Shown piece by piece: positions 37,721 to 49,000 of a stretch of DNA of 62,267 nt; position 1 is the stretch's first letter, and the number at the start of each line of letters is the position of its first letter. The notes under the pieces were generated by a model. That model saw only the letters and a program-made list of their open reading frames with translations. It was not told where the DNA came from and did no database searches. The stretch lies in contig KZ538557.1 in NCBI GenBank assembly GCA_000934665.2, positions 1 to 62,267 of the forward strand, given 5' to 3'. This stretch comes from Catajapyx aquilonaris (lineage: Eukaryota). The translations under genes and the position numbers were made by a program.

Positions 37721-40700
37721 ATGGTGAAAGAAAGCCTCAAACATGCATCTCTTTCCCGAGAAGAATCTGTCATATACTGGGCCATATGGACAACATCCAC
37801 CATGTACTCATTGCTACGAATACATTGGGCTAGCATACGTAATGTACCACAGTATTTTTGTGTTGCATGCTAATGAATGACTGAAACTGAGGCAATTCTT
37901 TTACAGGTCTGAAGCCTCAGATGGACCCTTCCTTGTTTTCAGGAGGGTGTAACTGGATTCCAGTTGACATGGATGAGAGTGATTTTCACTGGGTAGAAGG
38001 TTCGGTTTTGTATGTCAACCTGGTGGGGGTCATGGTAGCTCAGGCTTGTGTGGCTGAAGCATTCAGCCGACTAATTGGCACACAGGTAGTAAGCTTCTCT
38101 CAATTTAGTGATCCTTATCATGGCATGAGACCCGTACATGAATTATGGGATAATTCTGTCCATTGCATCAATGTAATATTAATAGTGTCATTTATGGTGT
38201 TGAAGGTTTACCTGCTTAGTATGTTCCATTTGTAAATTCTGCCATTTTTTGGCTACAATTTGAGGATTAAATATCAGGTGGCAGGACATGATTGTGCTCT
38301 AGAACTGGAGATGTACTTATGTTACACTGAATCTTCTTAGGCAGTGAGGATCCTGTACATAACTGTTGGATTTGGAAGCTTGGTATGGCTGCTTGGAATT
38401 AAAATCACCACAACTTTGATGATCCAGCCGATGGTTATCCTGACTGCTTATCATTATACAGGAAGACGAACCTGGGTTCTTTGGACACTAGTTGTAATCA
38501 TATTTATAGGGCAGGAGACAGACCCTATTTTGACCTGGATGGTAGGACATGTTTTTAATAATAATAATAATAACAATAATAATAATAATAATAATATATG
38601 TTACACTGCATTACACAATGACATAATAGTTATAGTCTGGGTTCCAAAAAGCTGGGATCTCTCTACAAACATGGAATGCCTTGACCCATCATTCCAGAAC
38701 CTTGGTTGCCTTTAAGTTCCCCAATGGGAGCAGGCGTGGAAGGATTTGGAGAAATAATCACAAAACAGTCCTGAACTCTCAATAGAAGGGGTGGCCTTTC
38801 CTGTTACCAAGGGTTACAAAGAAGGAGGAGGGGTTTAGAAGACTGAGAAGGTCAGGAGACGGGGGCTAAAGAGGGGCAAGTCAACCAGATGTCATTAGGA
38901 CTTCCTGAACAAACCTGGAAAATAATTTTAACAAATTACTGTGACTTAGTCGTATATACTTTATAAATTATCTATGTTTAGGTCATCAGCAAGAGATTGT
39001 AATTTGATAGATTCTGTAAAAATGGTTTCTATTACCTCTACATGTAGAATCGCCCGCAATATGGCACAAATACCAAAATATATGAGTAGTTCATGGTTCT
39101 AAGCACATGTTTTGCATACCCTACACTTACAGAGAAGACTGACTGGAAGAGGAGTGACTGCATATCACTACCACATGGTCCAAGGCTGGCTGCTGTTACG
39201 ATGCATAAGTTACTTCTCTGAAATGAGAGCCAAGAGAAGTTGTCCAATTATTGCATCCAGTGTCTTGAATATTTTCGCCTACTTGCTCTACCTACCATAT
39301 TTGCCTGGAGGGCCTATAATTACATACGATCTCTTTGAGAATGGTGTAAGTTCACAGTTTTCTGCATCAGCATTATAATACTTAAGTTTTTGGTTCACAT
39401 AGCAGGGATGGCAGAAAATCATGGAAATGAATTCTATGACTTACGTTAGCCAAAATGTAGGCTTGTAATCTGGAATTTTTAATTGCATGAACGTGTTATA
39501 TCTAAGAGAACTTTCCATGATTTCCAAGACCCATGGGCTACTAGAACAGCTAAATTCTGTTACATTTGTGTCAATAAATTAATATCTGACATTTGTAAGC
39601 TGCCTGCAACATTTTCAGGGAATGGTATTCTTTGACACTTCTTATTTGACAGAATCCGATTAGCTCCCTTCTTTGCAGCCAAAAATTTGATGTATCTGGT
39701 ATTTTGGCTGAGCACTTGTGGGACTTTTCATGTATGAAACTTATTGTGCCTCAACATTTTCTCTCTTAGCATTGTCCAGATTTTATTGGAATTAATTTAT
39801 TTAAGGAAAATATAACAGAAGTATGCCTCTGAAGAAGTAGAGGTGATATCCTGATGTTATAAAACTTCACATAAGTTAATCATTAGAAGCTGCTACTGTT
39901 GCACCAGTAGAAAAGGGTGTCAATGTGAAAGATACCCTCATTGCAAACTCAACTCAGAATGTTTTGTACATCAATAATAAGTAAAAAATAGTTCGAATTT
40001 TTTCCCCTTCCAGTTACAATCAAGGTGCCTCTTGATGTGGAGCATGAAGCGATTGGCCAACCTATTTTACTTGGCTGTGAAACTGGTGTTGATCTTCCTA
40101 GTTGCTGAGTGGTGGCAACACGTCATATTTGGCTCAGCAATTGCCCAGAGTGAGTTGATTGACCAGCTCAGTCCCTGGGAGCTGGCTGGACTGGGATACT
40201 CCTACGTGCAGTTGTATCACTTGCAGGTAGTTATCTCTAGATCTTTATTTCAATGATGGATCAATGCATTGAGACAGTATTCTTTCTTTTTTGGCATACC
40301 ACACCTCTTTGGAGTTATGGAGGGATTCACTGCACCCTTGTCTCCAAAATGCGTTTCACGGATGTACTGCTTCTCTGATGTATGGCGGCACTTCGATCCT
40401 GGACTTCACCGTTTCATGGTCAAGTATGTGACTTCCAAGTGCCACATAACTCTGGGTCAAAAGGTATCATCAGCAGTCTTAAATTGTAGTCTGTGGAACC
40501 CTGAAGGGTCCACAAGAGATCCAGTGCAAAGGGTGATTCATTAGTCTGTTAAATCTTCCAATACAGCATATCAATTTGGTGTATTCTTCATAGAGTGATT
40601 TTTCTCACATCAGAGAGTAGCAATTTCAAAGACATTTATATGTACACTGCATATTTCCTAGGATTTTATGAATATAGCCCTAGGGACTGTCATCAGGTTA

Positions 40701-42925
40701 CAAGTAAAAAGTCACCAAGGTTTACGGTAAGACTGGTCAGGTTTTACCGAGAGGCAAAGGATTCCAAAGCAACAAAAGGTTGCAGGCTGCTGTTCTATAT
40801 ATTTGAGGCCTTATCTATAGTCTATTGCATATTTTTCTCACAACAAGATGTTATTCGCATGATTCAAAAAAAATTGATACTGGTGATAACTCTTGTTTGT
40901 GTACCGAAGCAGTTTGGTGGAGTGGATAAGGTGTTCGACTGCTAATCGGGAGGTCCTGGGTTCGAGTCCTGGGGCCGGCAATCCTAACCATGGTTTTCCG
41001 TGGTTTCCCACGGTCCCCCCAGGAGAATTCCGGGATTGCTTCCTAAATAATAGGCCACAGCCGCTTCCTTCCATTCCTATCCCAAAAAGCGAAGTAAAAT
41101 GAAAGCAAAGAGTTCCAGTCAAAACAAATTGGGATGAACTCCACCCCCTAAAGAGCCGTCGGCTGATAACGGGGTATGAATTATTATTATTATTATTAGC
41201 TCTTGTTTGTAAATTAGAGCTTGTTCTGTTTGCAGGATTTTGCTTACCTGCACCCCCCACGAGATGATTACATTCGCCTCCGTTCCGTGGCATACCTGTA
41301 ATTGGAGGCTTGTTTGCTTAAAATGACAGACTAAAATATCTAAATGCCCTCCGAAACCTTATGCTTAATCACAGTGACAATTCTCAATATTGAGTTCAAC
41401 CACCCAATTTGTCTGCTCAAGGCCATGTCACAGCAGTGAAAACTTCCACCACCGGACAAGGCTATTTTTATACTATGATAGTAGGAAAAAGCTTTGTCCA
41501 GCAGTGGAAAATTTTATATTGAACTCACCAGTGTGAATTATCACCATAATTCAGCAGAAAGCCTCTGGTCAAAGCCAAGGATTTCCTGATTTTGGGATGT
41601 ACTGTGCAGTATAAGAGGGATTGTAGTGGTGGATAAATTTTTGAATTCCCTAGCATGCAGCTGTCCTCTGTGATTGCAAGAGAAACAATTCAGTCCACCA
41701 ACCACCAATATTACTCTTGGTGGCAATAATATCAATATTGCACACTTCGCCTCTTTCAGTGTTTGAAAGCTATTGTAACTACTGTAGAAAAACGTGGAAC
41801 AAACTTGTTCCGTATAATTTTCAAATTCTAATGTAGCCGATCTGAACTGGTTGAGTTGAATTGCTAATGACGTCACAAATATGAATATTAGCTCTATCAG
41901 TTCCTATTTGAACCAAAACCTGTCCATGATGAGACTCAAATACATTAGGTGTCAATCTTGCCAAATGGAAGAGAACGAGATTTTTCCAGACATTGTAGCT
42001 GTGTTCATCCACAATTACTTCAACATAATCTGAGCTGTGGAGACCACAATAAAATAATCTCTTATAACACCTTAAAAATAGGGAGGCGGAGTGGCGCTGC
42101 GGTAACATATGCGTTCACGGATGTTAAGGTCCCGGGTTCGATCCCAGCCCGGGGTTCCCCCCTTCATCTCGTGCAGAGTTGGGTCGTCTCTGGCTTCGTC
42201 TCAGGTGAAATTTCCGCTAGACATATCCACCCGGGGGAGTTCACAAACTATGTAGGCCTACCATGTTAGAAACTTTGCACCGCACATTGCACATCCCCTC
42301 CTGTCACCCTGCACGTGGGCCCGGGCGTCTCATGAAAGGTCCCGCGATGTACAAATGTACCAATGGTCAAAAATAAAGGCCCGTCCTTGTACCCAAGGGG
42401 TCAAAAGCACTACCCACAGTTGTTTTTTTTTTTTATCTTAAAAACAGAATTCTTAAATGTCAGCTGTCCAGTTAACACCATGACTATTTTTCCAGATACA
42501 TTTATGGCCCACTCTCAGGCCCGAAGCCCACACTTCTGCGGAAGATCCTGTCATCTGCCCCAGTGTTTGCATCTATAGCCCTGTGGCATGGTGGAGCTGA
42601 CTTTGTGCTTGTCTGGGCAGCTGCTAACTTTGCTTGCCTGACAGCTGAAAAAATTGCTGAATGGGCATGTAATACAGTTTATTGGCAACAGAAGATGCAG
42701 AATCTGTCCCCAACATGGTGCAGGCGCCTGAAAGCATCTCTTTATTCACTGCTTCAGTCTGCATCACTGTGTGCCACCTTCTTCTTCTTCACTGACCTCA
42801 ATGGAGGAATAATGTTTGTGCAAACTCTTATTGGGGAAGGAGTGGCATGTGCAACATTTCTAGGCTGTCTTTACTGCCTTGCCAATGTGGGGATGGATGT
42901 TCAAAATTGGGAGAAGGCATGTTAA
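37721..42925 (+). CDS. Hedgehog acyltransferase-like (HHAT/rasp, MBOAT family), paralogue 2, 499 aa; exons 37721-37838, 37907-38085, 38341-38541, 39133-39345, 40014-40226, 40278-40423, 42496-42925
   Basis: Seven phase-consistent GT-AG exons (1500 nt). Motifs MDESDFHW, YLLYLPYLPGGPIITY, SPKCVSRMYCFSDVWRHFDPGLHRFMVKYIYGP, IALWHG. Confidence 0.85.
40903..41197 (+). mobile_element. tRNA-derived SINE family C (copy 1)
   Basis: B-box GGTTCGAGTCC; body GGCCACAGCCGCTTCCTTCC; (ATT)n tail; TSD CTCTTGTTTGT. Copies at 50758-51098 (+) and 61186-61525 (-). Confidence 0.8.
42080..42435 (+). mobile_element. tRNA-derived SINE-like element
   Basis: GTGGCGCTGCGG A-box, GGTTCGATCCC B-box, T-rich tail. Confidence 0.55.
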
Positions 42926-43027
42926 AAGGCTTTGTAATGATGTAAACAATCCCAGTTTATAGTAACACTAGGCTGTTGATATATGAAACTACAAATAATG
43001 TGCCAAAAACAACAGAAGCAAGAAAAT

Positions 43028-44601
43028 TTACATGCTGACTTTGATGGCAGCTCTCAGTTTGGCTGATCTAGACCTTGGGTTTTTAGCAACCTCTGCTTCT
43101 GTTGGCAAAAGCACATGTTTGTACAGTGGCTGCCATTTGCGCTGCATTATCTGAAATAAAATACGCCAATAAATTTAATTTTATTGTACCTGTTTAGTGT
43201 CAAAAATGGTAATTGCTGATAAGATGCTACATACCTCTCCAAACTCTTTCTCTGAGTGCCACTTGGCTGCATTGTGGTACTTCTGAGACAATGTGTTGCT
43301 CACAGCCTCATCCAAGTCAATCCCTAGTAAATGACGTTTCACAATACGATCTTCCAATGAGTGGAAGGTCAGAACAACTATCCTGCCTCCCACTTTCAGA
43401 TACCTGAAGAAGAATTAGATATTAGATATAATTTCTGGATAAAGCTTTAATATCATCTCAGGTATTTGTATATTTAAGTATCAACCCAAGTTTTTTCAGC
43501 TCTCAGAGTTTTTCCACTTTGATTATTTATGCAGCAATTGATGCATGTGGGAGAGACAGATCCTCCAATGAGTTTTTTTTTTGTCATAACTGGTTACTGT
43601 ATCTCCAAAGTGCCACTTTTCCCCATTCACTTGAGCAATTGGCTCCTTGACGATGAGTAGGGGGATTTTAAGATGTCACTAATTTATAGAGCTGCATTTA
43701 TGCATCACCACTCATTAAAACACACAATTCTGTACAACAAATAGGGTGCACCATATGCGTGTTTGCAAACCTTAATAGTGGAGGCAGTTGGAAAAATCAG
43801 TTTTGTATGGCTCACCTGTAAGCCAAGTCCATGGCATGGCTGAGATGGTTGAGCTCATCATTAACAAAAATCCGGAGGGCCTGGAATGTTTTGGTGGCTA
43901 CATGACTTGGGCGCTGCAGTTTGTCCATGCGCACCTCATCGTCACCCAGTATGCTGGCAACTAAGGCGGCTAACTCCCCTGTGGTCTCCAGTGGCTTGAA
44001 CAAGTACCTGGCTTCTACAACAGCTCGTGCTATCTTCTTAGCATGTTTCTCTTCCCCATATATCTTAAAAATACGTGCCAATGACACTTCATCAGCATGG
44101 CGTATCACATCTGCTGCTGTCGGCTCCCCTGACTCTTGATTCATCCTCATGTCCAACGGACCATCACTTGACACTGAAAATCCACGGTCTGCATTGTCAA
44201 ACTGCATCGATGATGCACCCAAGTCCAACATTATCCCATCCAGTGATTCAGGAGGCACTCCATGGAAGTTAAGTAATGATGGTAAGTCATTAAATCGACC
44301 CAGGAGATGGCAGAAGCGACGGAATTCACAAGACAGGGCATGGCCATATTCATTAGTGACAGGGTCTCGATCAAGTCCATACAGGTCTATATCCTGGCAG
44401 GTTTCAAGAAGGTGCCGTGAATGGCCGCCAGCACCAAAGGTCATGTCTAGAAAAGTGCCACCCTTTGTTGGGTTGAGGGCAGATATCACTTCCATGGGCA
44501 TGACTGGCATATGTGGTAAGGGCTTTGATTTTGCTTTGGGCAAGGCAGTGGCACTGCATAAGCAGCGCAGTTGCTTGAAGGGTACTGTTGCACATTTTAA
44601 C
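43028..44601 (-). CDS. METTL15: Mitochondrial 12S rRNA m4C methyltransferase (RsmH/MraW family); exons 44601-43816, 43403-43235, 43150-43028; first coding exon unresolved
   Basis: HMPVM, DMTFGAGGHS, DLGASSMQFD, RGFS...GPLDMRM, TKTFQALRIFVNDEL, TFHSLEDRIVK, NPRSRSAKLR; phase-consistent introns. Confidence 0.92.
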
Positions 44602-45283
44602 CTGTGAATGAGTTGTTGTAAGTGTCAGGTTGACCAATGTAAACTTGCTATATTAGACTGTATTTTCTATTTGGAATAATTTAACTCAAAAATCTATTTA
44701 CAACATGCAAGTAGAACTCTTGACTTCAAGTCTTGGTTTTCAATAGCCCTCAAATATGCTGCACACAAATATCTGGTCCCATCATGTAGATTTAAGGTAA
44801 TTCACTCCCTCCACCATCTTGTTTTCATGAAATATCTGTACAGAATGGAACACAGATATGCTATGTGTAGTTTCTAGTGAGTGTGATACCTTACAACCTG
44901 AGAAGTAACCAGCATTAGAGAAGGTGTTTAAAATGTCCTCCACTGGCTAGTGGACTAATGAGAGTAAAAGTTGCAACTATTGGTAATGCTAGTCGTCAAA
45001 ACAGTGTACTGGTCATATGGTTCATGAAAGCATATATAGGGTGGTACACCTACATATGTTAACACCCTACTGTAAGGTAGAGTAGGAAGTAATGGATTAC
45101 TTGCTCCAGCCATTCCCACTGGTAGCCTGCAAGACTGGAGCATGCATTTATAACTAGAGCAAGCAATCAATCATGTTTCACCCAACCCCATTGTTGGTGT
45201 CCACTTAAGACACACTACACCCTGTATATTGAATTGATAATTGACAACAAACACTAACATTCTTGGTGGCAACTTTGTCGAAA

Positions 45284-45706
45284 TTATTTCTTGTTAGTAA
45301 CTGAAGCCTTCAGTTTCTCAACGAGTCCTTTCTCATCTTCCACAAGTTCATTAATGAAGTCTGTGGACATGATCTGTCCACATTTCTGGGCATCCAGGCC
45401 TGTGGCACAGGAGTTGTACAGCCTAGGGTGCAGCTTGGCGTGATGGTCTGTTGCTAGACGTGTCAGGCTGGACAGCTTCGCCCCACACTCCACCTCGTCC
45501 ACTCGGGTTGCTGCTCCCTGATGAAATGCCTCAGATATCTTCACACGTAGGTGCTCACCCAAATCCCTTAGAAATAAGAGTACAATTATAGCGACTCAAG
45601 CAAACCGTGCACCTCATGACCTATACACAAACCTGCCCTTCTTGTTGAGATCGACCGGCCACTTCTCCAGAAGCCTCAAATAGTTTCTGTACGTCGCCCC
45701 ACTCAT
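45284..45706 (-). CDS. UQCC2: Ubiquinol-cytochrome c reductase complex assembly factor 2 (exons 45706-45633, 45566-45284)
   Basis: MSGATYRNYLRLLEKWPVDLNKKGR|DLGEHLRVKISEAF... matches the UQCC2/M19 signature (Y..F/YL.L.E.WP.D..K.GRDLG..LR); 66-bp GT-AG intron. Confidence 0.88.
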
Positions 45707-46008
45707 TACATGCGCCTTAAACCGACTTCAACTCATGCATTCCCACTGATTCCCACAGAAATCCGGTCGCCATGCACATGTGTAATGACGCCTACTTCCT
45801 GTGCCCGGTGATGTTGTGCCGGGCCTACTCCCTGCGTCTTGTTGAAAATAGAATTCCAAATTATTGGGTACCTAACGACGTCAATTGTCAGTTGTTTGAC
45901 GATCTAAGTGGAGCTGAATTGTCGAGAGGATTCAATGTAGGCTTCTGCTGGTCTGACCTGCTGTCGGCCCTCTAGGAGCTATCCCCTTCACTAGTCTTCT
46001 CGCCCAGG
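45707..46008. promoter_or_regulatory. Putative bidirectional promoter UQCC2 / DLST
   Basis: 302 bp between divergent ATGs; CpG-richer than the flanks; ACTTCCTGT (ETS-like) near 45794, CATGCGC near 45709, GATGGCGGC (YY1-like) at the DLST ATG. Confidence 0.65.
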
Positions 46009-49000
46009 ATGGCGGCGATACTCAGCTCGTATTCTCGCTTCTCCCGCTGCAGCCGGATATTGGGCACTCCGGGCTTGCTGCAGGCTTGCAAGGATGGACA
46101 GGTAATAGTTATACCTCGTTGCTCACTGGAGGGTTCGGCCACGGTTTGTCGCGGGGCTCCGGACATGCCTGCGAAAGAGGGTGCACAGGGGTTATGGTAA
46201 AAGTAGCTGGGAGGGGGTTGGGATTCGCTCGATTTTATGAATGCAGGCTACGTCGGGCTATTACAAGGATCTGGGTTACGTCATTCCTTCGTGGAAACGA
46301 GGCAGCCCGGTGGATGATTTAGGTCGGGAGTGTGGGACAGGTGTGTAGGGGATGTTTAGCAGGAGGTCGTGAGGCTGCATATGGTGGCATTGAACCTGTA
46401 GGGTTACAGCACAATGTGGAGGATGCAAAGGAAGATGTCAGTTTATGTTAACCATGTGAGTGGGTGCAACAGGAAGAGGTTGACAGCAGTGAGAATAAAT
46501 GGGGTGTTGCGTAAAAGGTTACCAGTAGTAATTGTACATTGACTTTCAAATTGTCAAGGTACACAGATGCAGTAGTTGTGTACATAGGCCTAGACATACA
46601 CAATTGCGCTTGGTACAGTGACATGAAAGTAGACCATGCTGCATTTTCATTCAAAACCCTGGAGTCAGTGGAGTGTATGTTTGAGATGTTATATAAGCAA
46701 GGATTTCGAGTCAACAATTGCTTGCAGGTCTTACACTGGAAACTGCTGATATAAATTTTCCATATTGCAAACTGTTTTTTTTGTTGTTGGAAAAAGCCAT
46801 CTAACATGACATGTAAGGATCCTGTTATTATAGAGCTAACTGGTGATACCAAATATCACAAAATTTTAAGTCTAGAATGATGTGACACAGGATGATTCAA
46901 CAAGCATTTTAAGTTTTCATAGAGGCACGTTACATGACGCCGCTTCGAGGCGGTTCGGAAAGGCGCGCAGCTTACAGAGCAGCATCTCTGGCATGTAACA
47001 TGTGAAAATGCGCATCAACTGAACTGAGCAGCCAGTGAGCCGCAGCCAGTTGAACAACCATTTACCTGCGCATCAAAAGGTTTGATGCCCACCACTCACC
47101 TTTTAGAGCAGTGGTTCCCAACCTTTTCGCCATGACGCCCCCCTTTTCGTTTTCACCAAACACTCACGCCCCCCCCCCCAATAAATTTTAGCTTTTCTGA
47201 ACCGCTCAGAACCAACCCAAACCGGCAATTCAGATCTATTCTCCAAGGCCGTGCTTCAAACTGATTCAAACCTTCAAATAAGGTNNNNNNNNNNNNNNNN
47301 NNNNNNNNNNNNNNNNNNNNNNNNNNNNNNNNNNNNNNNNNNNNNNNNNNNNNNNNNNNNGGGGGGGGGGGGGGGGGGGGGCGCAACTAAGCTCACGCAT
47401 AGGGGGAGGGAGTTGCGAGACCTTGTGTATACGGCCGTGGAATGGGGCAACTGAATGGGGGCACAACAAGCTACAAAAAAAACTGCTATCGGGCAATAGC
47501 AGTTATCCAAGTGACCCGGATATTTGGAACACCCTGTATATGTTCCAAATTCTGTGGGTACCATCACATTACCAAACACGTGAACTTCTCTTTTAGCTAC
47601 ATGACCCAAGGCAAAGGCCAGGGCATTTAAATGTTATATTAGAACTGCCAACATGCAATACTGAATGTTTAATAAATTGGCTTACATCCATATCAGTAGA
47701 AATGTTCTGGACTCTCTTGGTTCATGTTGTTCAGGTTGGTGTTCATGATTGCACCAAATTTTAGTTGGACAGGAGTACACCTAATGTACACCTTTCCCAT
47801 TCAGCCACTTGGCAGTGGCCTCTGCCCCTCTCCTTTTTAGACTTTTTGTCATCATTGAAAAAAAGTCTTATAGAAAGGCTCTGTCCATCCATCTGTCTGT
47901 CTGTGGACAGGTATCAGGGCCTAAACTGCAAGAGATAGCGACAAACGGTTGTCAGATTCGGATTAAGCGTGACCTAAATAGGTTTCATGGTCAACTTCCG
48001 GTGACCTGCCACTTGTGGTTTCCGGGTTCACTATCAGTATCTGCACAAGTCTATTTTACAGGCGGGTTATTGTTGGTTTCGAAATTAGTTTCCCTGGATT
48101 CCTGACCATGTGTTTCGGGGATTTAGCCAAGGTTTTACCTGGCACTCTAGCACAGGGGCTGTGGAATTAATTCCTGATGTTGGACATGTTTGCAATGCAC
48201 GCCCTCTGCCACCATGAGAAAAAGTCTACTATAATCACGCTCATGTGATTTGCCAATCTTGTTTTCTCTATCCCTTTCCTCACCTTCAGGATACTAGCAG
48301 GACTTGTGAGTGTAAGCAACATTTCTGCTGATACAGATGTAAGCTATATTGTGAAACACAGTGTGAGTCTTACCTTGTGGAGTGAACTAAGCCCATGTCT
48401 GTGTCAGTGGAAGTTTTGGGTACTCATCTGGTTCATGTTGGCCACCATGGTTGCAAGGCATATTTTCTTCCATATGCATATTTTCTTCCTTTACCTGGAT
48501 AGGATACATGAGAATTAGCTAGATCCAGGGGATTCTGTGAAATTTGCTACCACTCATAAATGTCGAGAATATCGGAGCAGCATTGTGGTGCAGTGGTTAG
48601 CATACTGTCCACTTTCCACTTCTTAGGTCCTGAGTTCGATCCCCATATTGGATGGAGGACACTTGTTACGTGGAGAAAGTTTTGATGGGCTGTTGCCATA
48701 TTCATATTGTTTTTCTGATGTATACAGGGTGGACCAACTTCAAGTGTCGTTTTATAACGGCGATTAATAGCAGTGATTTTACGATGACGTAGCAGCGACG
48801 TGTAAAATGTCCCACTTCGGCGCCATCGAAAATATTAGCTGCCAATAACAGCACACATGTAATCAACCCTGCTGCTGGGTTAACCTGGAAAAAAGGAGGT
48901 GCACACATGATCTGCGATGCGCCTGGGTGAAATGGGTGACGTCCAAGGCACCAGATGGACCTGTAATGCAAGGGGGAAGCCTGCAAACGAAACACAGCTA

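Noticed and set aside
42496..42563. Frameshift in HHAT paralogue 2
   Set aside because: Recounting shows the exon reads KYIYGP...SAPVFASIALWHG in one frame; the gene is intact.
43812..44543. Horizontally acquired bacterial rsmH
   Set aside because: Has spliceosomal introns, an N-terminal extension and eukaryote-type motifs; best explained as nuclear METTL15.
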